64,000 nt of DNA from Glaucostegus cemiculus (Eukaryota). Positions 13,692 to 25,558 of the stretch are shown here, piece after piece. Numbering within the stretch: position 1 is the first letter of the stretch; each line of letters begins with the position of its first letter. The position numbers and the translations under genes were made by a program. A model generated the notes under the pieces. It searched no databases, was not told where the DNA came from, and saw only the letters and a list, made by a program, of their open reading frames with translations. Where the stretch lies: NCBI GenBank assembly GCA_976551045.1, contig CDPCPM010000301.1, positions 2,294,001 to 2,358,000 of the forward strand, in the 5' to 3' direction.

Positions 13692-13787
13692 CTTATTTAA
13701 CGTATTCAGTGCTTCCTGGGCAGCAACTAAAGCTGGCTCTGCTTTTGCCAAGTCTTCTTCACAAGATTGCTGTTTCTCTCTTACATT
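13692..13787 (-). CDS. DNAH17: Dynein heavy chain exon 19 (stalk CC1)
   Basis: 96 nt, NVREKQQSCEEDLAKAEPALVAAQEALNTLNK; phase 0/0; follows a 92-nt intron. Confidence 0.95.
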
Positions 13788-13879
13788 CTAAATGTGAATA
13801 AAATGCATTATTACAATTTTACAATGCTCAAAATGATATTAAAAGTCATCATTTGGGCAAATTTGGGCATCATTTGTAC

Positions 13880-14044
13880 CTCATTAATGATTTGTACTTT
13901 TTTCTCCTCTTCATCAGCAATTCTTTTATTTTTGGTAACAATCTCTGTTTGCTGACCAACAACTTTAATTAATTTGTCTGCATCTTCATTCTTCTGCTGC
14001 AGCTCCACTTCTTGTACAGCAAGTTTACTTTTTAAATCATCCAC
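13880..14044 (-). CDS. DNAH17: Dynein heavy chain exon 18 (stalk CC1)
   Basis: 165 nt, VDDLKSKLAVQEVELQQKNEDADKLI...KVQIINE; phase 0/0. Confidence 0.95.
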
Positions 14045-15915
14045 CTGAAAGTAAACACATCAATTTTTGAGTTTCATTTCTTAGTGCTCTATATAAGGTG
14101 TAAATTCAGAGGTTCTAAAAACACTTATGGAATGCCTCACTCAAAGGAATCAAGGACAGGAATTAATTCAGTAGACAGATAAATATACGAAAGATGTATA
14201 AACTTTGCTTACAGTGAATTGGAGGGTATTGAAGAATGGAGGTGTTTGCCATATACTTTTCCTGATACAGGCCAAGTTTGAAGTGGCACCAGGGACCTTT
14301 AGGACCACTGAGACAAGATCTCAGAGACCTATCCACAATGGATAGAATAATTTTCATACTTGTGCAAGACCTTCACGCAAGACCCATTATTCACAAGAAA
14401 ATAACAATAGAACCATACAAAAATACAGCACAATACAGGCCCTTCGGCCCACCATGTTGTACTGTCCATCAAAAACCCTGGATCCCTTGGCAAATGTCAG
14501 GTTTTCTAAGGGGAGAAAAGTTGGTGGTTCTGTCAACGCATGGAAAAGTCACATGTACAAAGGATTTTCAGAAGATCCAATAGCTTGGAGCCAAAGGCTG
14601 TAGCCCTTGTTCTAGAATTATTGTTCTGGAAAGAGCCCTTGTTCTGGAAAGTTCTGGAATTCTGGTACAAGTTGAGAACATCAACGAAGAATGTACCTTC
14701 CTTGACATTAAAGGAGTTGCAAGAGTGTTTTTCAAAATCTGCATTTCTCCTTCTCTCACAATCCCCAATTTACAGCTTTTTGTGGATATTACTTGTATTG
14801 CCCATAGTAAAGTCTGAGTCAAAATACCTGTTTAATTCACCTGCATTTGCTTGCTTTCCTTTATTAATTTCCCAGATTCACTTTCTATAGCACTAATACT
14901 CCCTTTGTTAATTCTTTTCTTTAAATATTTTGAGTACATTTAGAAATTCTTCTTTCTTTATACTTCTGACTATTTATCATGTACTAATTTTTCCTTCCTT
15001 ATTAATCTTTACTGTTTTTTTCATATTCTGTACAATCTTCTGCATTGCTTTAAGATTGATACTGTATTTAACTTTTTTTATTTAACTACAGATAGTGGGT
15101 TCTCCTCTTGGAATTTTCCTTTCTTCTTGGAATATATCCATTCTTTAAGGTCTGCCACTGCAGCTTGACTGACTGATCTCTTAAGCTAATTTTCTAGCTA
15201 GTTCTGCTTTCATATTGACGTTATGTAAATTTAAAATACTAATCTTAAACCTGTTCTGTTCTTCCTGGCCCATTAAAGATAGTGGAAAAAAGGCATTTCC
15301 CATCGGGAATCAGTAGCTTCAATTTGACACTGCAGATGATGGAATCTGGAGCAAAAAATAAACCACTGGTAGAACTCAGTTTTTTTTTAAAGAACAATAT
15401 TTTTTAAAGCTGCCTGTTACTCAATGCAGCATAAAAGCCCTTTGTTAACCTGAAAATATTCTCCTACAAAAGGATATTTACTTGCATTTAACCTCAATTT
15501 TGCCAAACAAATGGTTGAATTTCAGCCCCAAACAATTGCAGTAATCCTGTGTGATTTGTGTTTATGTAACTCCTAGCAAATCTTAAGTAAGATAGTTCAG
15601 AGTTGTGCTATTACAAATTTATTGACTTTGGACCTGATAGTTACATTCCAATCAATTTCTCAGTTAATAGTGTTTTAGAAGACAGAGAAGAAATGTCTGA
15701 TACTTTGTCTAATATTTATTAATGTGCACATGTTCAGTTTTCAAAATCTTCTAAAATATATTTTCTAAAAGCTTTAATTTCCCTAAGCAAAAGTGGCTAA
15801 ATGGTTATCACTAACAGAAATTTTACATGTAATACTTGTACTGAAATTGTGATTGAAATACTAATTTTAATTTTTCAAATTTACTAGTTAAACATGAATT
15901 ATTAGCTTTGCAAAC

Positions 15916-16149
15916 CTGGCTAGCAGTACTGTGAAGTTTTGCCAAACCATTTTCAAGTCGATCCATTTTAGCAATCAAGTCTTTCCTTTTGGTCGACAGT
16001 AGGTTTTGATAAAGTTTAATTTGTTCCAAAAATGTTTTGGGTGTTGTGTAGTTGTAGCGTCTTTCAGTAGCTAGGTAGACTGCTGATATTTCTTGGACAC
16101 TCCTATGTACAAATGCCATGAACTGGCTTATTGAGTTCTTTACTTCAGC
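15916..16149 (-). CDS. DNAH17: Dynein heavy chain exon 17
   Basis: 234 nt, AEVKNSISQFMAFVH...RYNYTTPKTFLEQIKLY...RLENGLAKLHSTASQ; phase 0/0. Confidence 0.95.
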
Positions 16150-17667
16150 CTGAAATGCAATATAGTATGCACAAATTTCAGTGCACTTACAAGTACACAT
16201 AGGTTAATACTGCTATTTGAAAAGCATGAAACTTGAAACATCTTCATAAATAATAATTAAACGCACTATACAGTGCAAAACTTTCATTCCACACCCCTTG
16301 GGATCTGAGAGTGTTTGAAGTATGGATAGACTCAGGTTACAAGTTTCAATCTTTGTGAATCTTTAACAATGCTGCTATTGTCCACACAATGTAATTTTTA
16401 AATGATATTTGCAATATTGTGCTGTGCATGTGAAGAAATACAACTGTCAGTGGTAGTCCCTCAGAATTCAGGATGTCACAAGGGGAGTTCAGTTGCCATG
16501 GGAATATTGGCCACTAATATAATTTTGCTTCTGGATCATCCAAATAAGAGGTGATCTTCAGATCGGCTACAACAGCAGAATCAGACAGCCAACATGTTCC
16601 TGTAAGAGAATGGCTTTTATTGAGACAAATTATCCAGCAGATGGGGATCTTTTACAAAGCCAACTTCTGAGAATGCTATTGCAGGCTTCAGAGATCCCCT
16701 TTGTTGAATTTTGAATGTAACTTGCTGGGCTCAAAGGACAACCCCCCCCCCCCCCGCCATTTTTCTTTTACTTAACCTGGGCAAAATGCAAGAAACACAA
16801 AGGTGGTTATATTTACATCCATTTAATTTGATGCTCTCAGTCTTGCATAAATACTATGAATAATATTTTTATTAATCAATCCACTTAGAGATCTGTAACT
16901 CCATATGCATTCTCTCCCACTTGAGAAATATTTAAAGAAAGCCAGAAAGCTAGTGTGGTTATAGTGAGAACTAAACAATATTCTTGCCACACATGGCAGA
17001 TAATGACAGCCTCTTAACAGGATAGAGCTAAATCACATCTCCTTGATATTCAACTGTATTCCCAGGTCTTCCAACCACAAGGGTGGAGGTGGTTTACAGA
17101 AACTTTCTCAGCAATAAAAATACTGCAGCCATGAGCACAGGTTAGAGGCTAAATATTCTTTGGCAAATGACTACCTCTTGATTCCTCAAAGCCTGTCTAC
17201 CATTTGCACCAAAGGAACTTATTAGGAATGAAATGGGATACATTCTTCTGCCTCCATGAGTGCTGCTCCAATAGAAATCAAAAAGCCCAACACCATCCAA
17301 AAATGTTTGACTGGCAGTTTGCCTGGCACCCAGTTATAAATCCTAAACATTCACCCTTTCCAATGCCAGTGTACTGTGACTATACTTGGCAACATTTGGA
17401 GGTTGTGAGATGTGGTTTGGGAGTTGTGAGCAGAACTCAAGTTTGCAAGCAATACAGGAGTGAATAAAATTTTCAACAATTGTCAAGGTAACATAAAGGT
17501 GGAGAAGTAAAATTTGTGACGATGGAAGTAACTTTTTCTGGTGGATAAAATTGAGGCTTTGAAGTTCAAATAAAGATTAGAAAAATTAAGCTGTTGAGCA
17601 TTGCATACATACATTGCATGAGTATTTTACATATATATGAAGATAAAAATTACAAAACATTTTTTAC

Positions 17668-17829
17668 CTCAATTCCCTCAGTGTTGGCAAGGAAACGTCT
17701 ACTAACTGATATCAAAGCATCTTCTGGCCATTCATGGAACCAGTCTATTGATGTGCAGTTCACCAAAGCAGGGAATTTTCGAGCACGTACCCGTAGAATT
17801 GAACCCACAGGTGAAAAACACAGAACAAC
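17668..17829 (-). CDS. DNAH17: Dynein heavy chain exon 16
   Basis: 162 nt, [39 protein letters not shown]...TEGIE; phase 0/0. Confidence 0.95.
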
Positions 17830-18385
17830 CTGCAAAAGCAAAAGAAATGACGTAAACAGAAAAACAAGATTTTAAGTAACTAAAAAATATGACAAAATTT
17901 GCAATGATAAATTATGGTTTCAATTAATTTTTACTTTATTTGCATATGTAATTGAAATAGTTAATACATTTATCTTTAAAGCTGGTTACTGTTACTTATC
18001 ATAAAATCATAGACCAGACAATGCAGTACGTTATTTTTACATGCAGCCAGTTGGCTCCACTCACCAGTTCTATCCTCATATTGTTCTTTCAAATACTCAA
18101 TTTCATTTTGAAAACTATTAATTGAAATCTATTTTCATCATCTTATCAATATTCAAAATATCTCTACTTCCCAAACTACTGTACAAATGAACTAAGTATT
18201 ACAAAAATGTGACAACGTTTATGAATTTTGATATGAGGACTAAATGATTTCTGAACCTTCAGGCCCATTGATCTGCCACTCTTCAACTTCTCTTAAGTGC
18301 ATTTTGTTTTCATGTTTGTTTACTGCATTTAACAAGATGAGTAGCTGATTAAAACAATTAACAATTCACAAAAGCATGATCATAC

Positions 18386-18652
18386 CTTTAGTTGTCTCCT
18401 CACTCTCTCTATGAAGAATTTCCAGCAGTTATCTTTGGTGTCCTGCAAGCCCAGTAATTTAACTTCATTTTTCATGGCACCAATAATATTTTCCAACTCA
18501 TCATCCTGAAATAACCCTGGAATCTCACCAGATGCTAAAAGATCATTAATAAGTACAAGAAACATCTCTTCTGCTACCTGGGAATCAGTCATCAGAAATA
18601 CTGTTCCAGAATTCTTTACTCCAGCATTGATATACTGAGTAGCAAGATCTAC
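18386..18652 (-). CDS. DNAH17: Dynein heavy chain exon 15
   Basis: 267 nt, [48 protein letters not shown]...RVRRQLK; phase 0/0. Confidence 0.95.
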
Positions 18653-20429
18653 CTATATTAAGAAACATTGATAAAATAAAATCAGTTTTATCTGACTAGT
18701 TTACCTTGATTCGCAAAATATATTATACATTTCAGCTTGTAAAGACGGATAGATATTTTGAGAATAGTTTAAAAAAACTTCACTGAGAGAAACTTCAAAA
18801 GTATAGAAGAATGTATTCCTAGTAAACTGCTATAGTTAAATAGTATCTTATGATGATGGCATCAAAAAAGAAAACTTGTAAACATTGCTTCTTCTATATT
18901 CCTCCTAATCTGCATTAGCGTGGGAAATTTCACAAGCAATACATGGTTATGAAATTATTAATGGAGAAAAAATTGCTAAATTCTGCATTAATTACAGCAG
19001 ACTTTTATCCCAACTTAAACTTGACTGTGTAAGATTTTAATTGGAATACTTACTTTTTAAAATTGAGGTGCTATTTAACCAGAAGTCAATACATATAAAG
19101 TAAGATAATACTCAAGGTTGGTGAATGTTATCATTTAAGATATGGACAACAGAGTTTTGGAGAACCTTTACTTTATAGGGAGTAAAATGAGAAAGGCTAG
19201 TCAGGAGTTCAGCAGCTGTTGAGCTGAGGGGAAAACAGTTTGATTTTGCTAGAGATTGAGATAGACAACCTCAATGATAGCACAGTTTAAGAAGTCTGGC
19301 TCAGATTCAGATAGTTACATGGAGAAATCTATGACTAGATGAATAAGAGTAGAACCAAATATAATCATATTCAGTTGCACAATGTCAGGGAGGTCTTAGA
19401 ATTACATTATGTGATCAACCTCTTAAAAGTCTGCTAGTTGTAAAAGACCAGGCAGCTTACCACAATTACAGTACCTATCATGTAATTAGTAACTTTGATA
19501 AGGACTGGCATAGATTCATAGAGTGGTACAGCAGGGAAATGGGCCCCTCGGCCCAACTGATCCATGCCAACAAGATTCCCATCTAACCTAATCCTATTTG
19601 CCCAGGTTTTGCCCCTATCCCCCTAAACCTTTCCTAACCATGTACCTGTCCAACTAACTGTGACAACAAGTCAGAACTTGTTGGAAGGATTCCAAAATGG
19701 TTCTTGGAAATATGGGAATGGACTTGAGAGCCAATTACATATCCTAGGACCTTAAAAAGGAAAAGGAGAATGGAATGAGCCATTAGTTTACAAGATCAGA
19801 AAGATCAAAGTTGTATTTTTTGGATTGGGGGAATGATGGCAAATTTGAAATGTAGTACTTAAAGAGAGAGAATATTATCTTGTACAAGGAAATCACTGTG
19901 AAGTTCAAGAATGAAAAATTACACACATCATTACCCCTGGCGAGCCTTCTTCATTCTATTCAAGTTGAAATGTATTGGCTTCTGATTAAGCAGAATCTCA
20001 ATTTTAAAATTCACACTCTTGTCTTCAAACTCTCTGATAAACATCCCTCTCTACCTTTAAAATTGCCTCCAATTCTTTAACCCTTAGAAATATCTGCATT
20101 CTTCTAATTCTGGCCTCTTGATTCCTCTAAATTTAGTTGTTCCCCTATTGGTTTCGTACCTTATAAATGAAAGCAAGACCACAATATAAAAGTAATGTGT
20201 TGCACACAGAGAATTATCTGTAATGCTTTGTGACAGGAAGTGAATACAATGGCTTTGGACTTTCCAGTGTTCGACTAAAAGAAAGTTTTGCTCCTTCAGT
20301 ATTAGATATCAGACACATTGTTAGGTAATTACAAGACAGTGTTAGTCGTGAAATAGAGTTTCGTATCACACCAGGCACTGAACTACTTCCCACATAATGG
20401 CAGCAACGAAGTGTGGCTAACTCATGTGA

Positions 20430-20530
20430 AGAATGACAGCATTTTTGGAGAGAGAAATAGAGTTAGTGTTTCAGGTTGATGACCTGTCATCAGAACTTGG
20501 AAAAGTTAGAAGTAAAACATGTTTTAGGAT
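20430..20530 (-). repeat. Penelope pLTR-derived fragment with a decayed minimal hammerhead core
   Basis: Minus strand 20497-20461 reads AGTT-CTGATGA-C-AGGT-CATCA-ACCT-GAAAC-ACT-AACT. Confidence 0.55.
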
Positions 20531-20856
20531 GGGGAAAAAAAGGTAACTGCGCAGAAAGAACAAAATAGTAGGTCTCTGATTGGTTGCAGGACTGGAAAAA
20601 TTAAACACCAAAAGAAATAAAAGAGACTGATAAAAGAAGGTGATAAGTACATATGGTGACAGCATTTCCAACACCTTCTATTCCAAATGAAAGCATAGTA
20701 CTTGCAATCACATTAAATGCATGCATCTTCATTTGCACTCATCTTATCATCATCTGAGCATTTTCTAAAACAATCATATCATACGTTAGAACCTGAAGAA
20801 AGGGTATTGAGTCAAAATACAATGGATATTTTATAGAATTAAGAACAATTTTGTAC

Positions 20857-21048
20857 CTTGAGGTCACCAACTGAATATCCTTTCTTAAGTGCGATCTGGA
20901 AAACATTTAAAGCGCTGATATATGCTGATAAACGAGAAAGGCTTTGCTTTCCACTGCCTCCAACTCCTACAAGTAGGGCGTTTCCTCTTGGGAATTCTAA
21001 GATACGGTTTATCCTACAGATGTGAGCCATTGCATCTTCAAATAGAAC
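20857..21048 (-). CDS. DNAH17: Dynein heavy chain exon 14 (AAA4 P-loop)
   Basis: 192 nt, [40 protein letters not shown]...GDLK; phase 0/0. Confidence 0.95.
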
Positions 21049-21349
21049 CTACAGAGATCAGATTTTAACAAAGCATGTTCGCCAAATGCTGCTCTATAAA
21101 GACTGATATAATTTATCCAGTGAAAGCACAAATATATTGTTTGGTTCAATGAAAGTTACCATAAAACTTTCCAAAGCTTTCATAATTGAAACATTACTCA
21201 TTAAAATAAAAATATCTTCCACATCCATTCTGAATAAGAGTTGCTACATGACATAACTGTACACCTGCTGTTCTGCTCATTGGGAAAGTCAATCATCTTA
21301 TTCTGCTAGAGGAGCTAAGGGAGCAATCAACTTTAATTAAGTCCCACAG

Positions 21350-21545
21350 CACCAGGTTCAAGAACAGCTACTTCTTTTCGACTATTCAGTTATCAAATCA
21401 ATGTGCACAGTGCTAATCACCACCTCAGTATAGCAACACTATGACCACTTTGCACTACAACGGACTGTGTATTTTTTTCTCCTAATTGTGTTGTATAAAT
21501 TTGTATAATTAATGTTTAATTTACATTTTTCTTGTGAATGTCCTC
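21350..21545 (+). mobile_element. Rex1/Babar-type 3' fragment
   Basis: ACCAGGTTCAAGAACAGCTACTTC (TRFKNSYF) followed by an AT-rich UTR. Confidence 0.55.
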
Positions 21546-21903
21546 TGGCTCTTTGTGGAGGTTGTCATTTGGGTCCCTGATGGGCTTTACTTCCTGGGTT
21601 AACCTCTTATCCCTAATATATTTATAAAATGCTTTGAGATTTTCCTTAAATTTGTCAGCCAGTGATATTCCTTGCCCCAGTTTTGCTCTTCTAATTTCTT
21701 TTTAAGAAGAACCACCTCCCATACACTTTCTGTACCACTGAAGGGTCTCCCATGTCTTCAGTTCTCAATACTTGCCTTATGCATCTTTTTTTTCTTTATC
21801 CAGCCCTTTACATCCTTGAACTTGCTGTCCTTACCTTGATAAGAACACATTGCCCAAACCACTGTCTGATTAGGGTCTAAAATGTTATTTAAATTGTTAT
21901 TTT

Positions 21904-24050
21904 TGTTGTGGTTTAACTTTCTTTATGCTGACTTATGTGTTTGTATAATCGCCTGTTTATCTGTAAATTTTCAGTAGATTTTCAGTAATTTGCCGTATCA
22001 TTGGTTCTGTACTTCTGCGGTTTCTTCGTCTGTCAGCCTGAGATGTCATGGCAGTGTAAATCAAGACTGACCTTGTTGTTCCTATCAGAGAAGACTCCCT
22101 TATCTATCCAGCTTGAACTAGTTTTCAGTATAAAGGACAGGTTCTTTTGTTGTTTGCTGTTGTTTCTTGCTTGCTGTTCTATGCAGCTACTTACTGATTA
22201 AAGCTTTGATAATAAAACAGCTGTAACCATTAAGAATAGTGCCTCATTCTTAGCTTCTGAAGAATCTTCTGGACAATATCATCTCCAGATCCAGCAACTT
22301 GGCATAGTTGGCAGGGTAGTTGAGAAGATTAAGGATGGGGAGAATCCCAGATGAAAGGGAAAGTTTCAGTGTGCACATTTAACAGGAGGTAAGACCTTCT
22401 TCCTTACTTTCCTAATCGTCAGAGAAGCACCTAGTTCTTACTTCAATACACTATTGAAGTTTACGAGTGAAGTTAAAATCCGGGGATACTCTACTGTATC
22501 CTTTAAGTGAAGTTAAATCATACTAGCCGGCTGTGCATAGCATATTTATTAACATCTGATGAGGTGTAACCTAGTCAGCTGTGCACAGTCTGTTTGAATT
22601 TTGGTTGCGCAATCCAATGATATGGGCTAAGGGAGCTCCGGTAAGTGGGCAATTAACTGCTCTGCATGTAGTAGGAGAAGAATTAACACCATGGCCAAAT
22701 TAGAGAAGAAAAAGGGGGAACTAAACCTCCAATTGTTACATCCGAACAGATGACTAGGGGTGTGAGTTCTTATCTAAAAAAAAGTATTCTAACTGGATAA
22801 AATTAGTGAAGAAATCAGAGCGAAATATAGCATCAATGCTGAGTCTAATGGAATCTGGCTGCTAGATGATATTAAGAGGGCATGGGGTAAGATCCTGAGA
22901 ATGCCTGGGGGAAAGGAAAAAACTGGATGGATACTAGCAGTCATATCACAGTTAAGTGAGAACATGTTCAGTTACAAAACTAGCATGATATGGACCGTGA
23001 AAAATATAAAGATCAGATATGCGTGTTGACTGAACAAGTGAAAAAGGGAAAAGAGAACTGTGATAAATTGCAAATTCAGCATGACAGAGACCATAAAAAT
23101 TTAAAGAGCAAATCTGTGAATTAACTGAACAAGTGAGAAAACAAAAGCAGAAGTGTGATTGTATTGAAGTGAGCTATACAACACTCAGAGTCAAACTGGA
23201 ATAGTTTAAGGAGCACAGCAGAGTCCTCAGAGGGACGGTCCTGTCACTGATCCTCCCCTTTGGGATACACCCCCTAATTGGACAATAATCCAAGGCAGTG
23301 CCTCTATCTGAATTTAAGAGGAATTGCAGAATGGACATGACCCTGATACAGCATATTAATAAAAAGGATTCAATAATGGATCTTTGGGGATACCAAATGT
23401 AACAGTGTGAGAAAGGGAAGCCATTAGTGGCATTTCTCTAATTGCAATTGGATGGTTGGGAATAGAACCAGATAGGTGTATTCCCACCTAAATAGGTGAC
23501 AGTGGCAAGGCATCAGAGGAGGTGGTTTGGTTGACCCCTTTGGATTTTGCAGACAGACCAAGAAGGATGTCAGGTAATGTTGACAGGAGCCTTTTTGACA
23601 ATGATGCAAACCTGATTGGAGAATCAAACAAAGAGCTTTGGGAAAGATGGAATCTGAATTTGCTGGTAATAGTATGTTCAAGGAGATAAAAGGGAAATTC
23701 AAGACAAGACACTTGTTTGTAAACACAGTGGATTTAAGGGCTTTTTATTTAAAAGACTGGTGGAACCTGCAGATTTGAGGAAGAGGACTGAATCTGGGGA
23801 AACAGACCCATAAACAATTTCAGCTAACACAAGTTCCAGAAAGGTAAACTGGGTATTCAAGATTTAAGAAGGAATAGTGTTGGGGGAGAGGCTAGCAAAC
23901 CCCATAAACAAAATGGATCTGGAGAGTGAATCAGTGAGAATAGAAGGAAAATATACGAAGCTGAGAGGACACAACTAGGGCAGAGAGGAACACAGGAGGA
24001 AGTTTTGTTTGGTAGGTTAGTGGAAGTGAGGGAAACAACAGAGGCTGCTG
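21904..24050 (+). mobile_element. Decayed LTR retroelement/ERV: 5' LTR (about 21904-22299), tRNA-Ser PBS (22300-22317), leader and broken gag-like region; 3' truncated
   Basis: TGTTG...CAAC(T) termini; TATAAA at 22129-22134; AATAAA at 22211-22216. PBS TGGCATAGTTGGCAGGGT matches the tRNA-Ser complement TGGCGTAGTCGGCAGGAT at 15/18 (two CpG-type changes). Kozak ACCATGG at 22691, then purine-rich coiled-coil-like coding remnants. Confidence 0.7.
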
Positions 24051-24109
24051 ATCAGCTGTTTTTAATCTTGGTTTAAAATTGGTTTAAGGTAGTAGTTTAC
24101 ATGCAGCCT

Positions 24110-24310
24110 GACAAAATACAGAAAATATTCAGGAGTTCAGGCAGCATCCGTGGAGAAAGAATCAATGATCTTTTTACGTCAATGACCTTTCAGGTTATTT
24201 TATCGAAAGGTCATTGACCTGAAATGCTAAATGTGTTTCTCTCTCCACAGATGCTGTCTGATCTGCTGAGTATTTCCAGCATTTTCTGTTTTTATTTCAG
24301 ACTTATAGTG
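24110..24310. repeat. Palindromic Penelope pLTR-derived hairpin element
   Basis: Inverted arms CAGGCAGCATCCGTGGAGA / TCTCCACAGATGCTGTCTG; perfect 14-bp core IR at 24178-24191 and 24205-24218. Confidence 0.7.
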
Positions 24311-24757
24311 TCTAGAGCTTTTCACTGTTCTATTACAAAGGAGCCTGGCTACTCACTACAAGCCTGATATGAACTGATTACATGAGTTGGGTTCAGATAC
24401 GTTTCCTGATTAGACATTTGGGTTTGGATCATGCTGGGCCATACAACTTCTACTTATTTTCTCAGTCAGGATGATTTGATTAATATGCAATCATCATTGT
24501 TAAGACTTATATTTACAGCAATGGTCAGGTCAAGTTGGGTTGGATATGGGAAGAAAGTACTCGGGCTTGGGTTGGGTTCATGCTATCAGGTGTCAGGTCT
24601 CGATCTGGTTGGGTTTTAATTTTACACTTGAGACTCTAATTTGCATTTGGGAAAAGCAACCAGTAAAATCTTTGCTTTTTGGAATAAACAGAGTTGCAGA
24701 TGTCAGCAGATCCTGACCATAATTCAAAAATAATCCAAAACTAAATGCAGCAGTTTA

Positions 24758-24930
24758 GAGACACAACAGACAGCAGATGCTGGAATCTGGAACAAAAGAC
24801 AAACTGCTGAGGGAACTCAGTGGTTCCAGCAGCATCTGGTGGGGAGTGGGGTGTGGGGTGGGTGCATGGATGGTGAATGGGAATGAATCGTTGATGTTTT
24901 GGGTCATTAACCTGCATCAAATCTGAAGAA
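24758..24930. repeat. Half of a Penelope-derived hairpin element
   Basis: GAGACACAA...GCAGATGCTGGAATCTGG...GGAACTCAG; same family as 46461-46721. Confidence 0.6.
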
Positions 24931-25264
24931 ATAAGTAATGTAACCTATTTGTGAATTATGAGGTTGTTTTTACATTGTTCAAGAACATACTGACAAACGT
25001 GTTCGCTAATTATTTATGCAATTGCAGTCACTGATGAATCCATCATAACGCTGAATGTTCATATAATACATATTGTTATTAATCTCTGTACTATTCAATT
25101 TTTTCTACAACAGTTTGCTGAAGATTGTAAATATCAGAGCCTCAAGAATTCTCTAAACAGATAATTTTAATATCATATATTTGAGTAGAAAACAAAGGGA
25201 TCATAACAGTATTGCATAAAAAGTTTTTCTTATCAGTTGAATGCAAGATTTTAAAATCACTCAC

Positions 25265-25429
25265 CAAATTCATTGCTGCATTGATTTCATTGTAGCTTTC
25301 CAGAGCATCCACTAATAGTTTATTCAGAGATGGCCAGCTATCCACAGGCAAATACTTAGGTTCTCCGATACCAGTGGCAAAATGGCAATAAATGTTGGGT
25401 TTTTGAAAAAGACTGGACTCATCCATATC
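25265..25429 (-). CDS. DNAH17: Dynein heavy chain exon 13
   Basis: 165 nt, DMDESSLFQKPNIYCHFATGIGEPKY...YNEINAAMNL; phase 0/0. Confidence 0.95.
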
Positions 25430-25558
25430 CTAACCATACAAAACATATCAGTTTAAGTGTTATATTACAAGATAGTGTTTAATTTAGATAGTGTTTAACT
25501 TAATGTTGGATGCTGTTCCGATTAGTGGATGCTTCAAGAAGTGCAGGACTCAGATTAA

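Noticed and set aside
16265-16345. Possible Tc1/mariner-type MITE end (TACAGTG...)
   Set aside because: No matching opposite terminal inverted repeat found.
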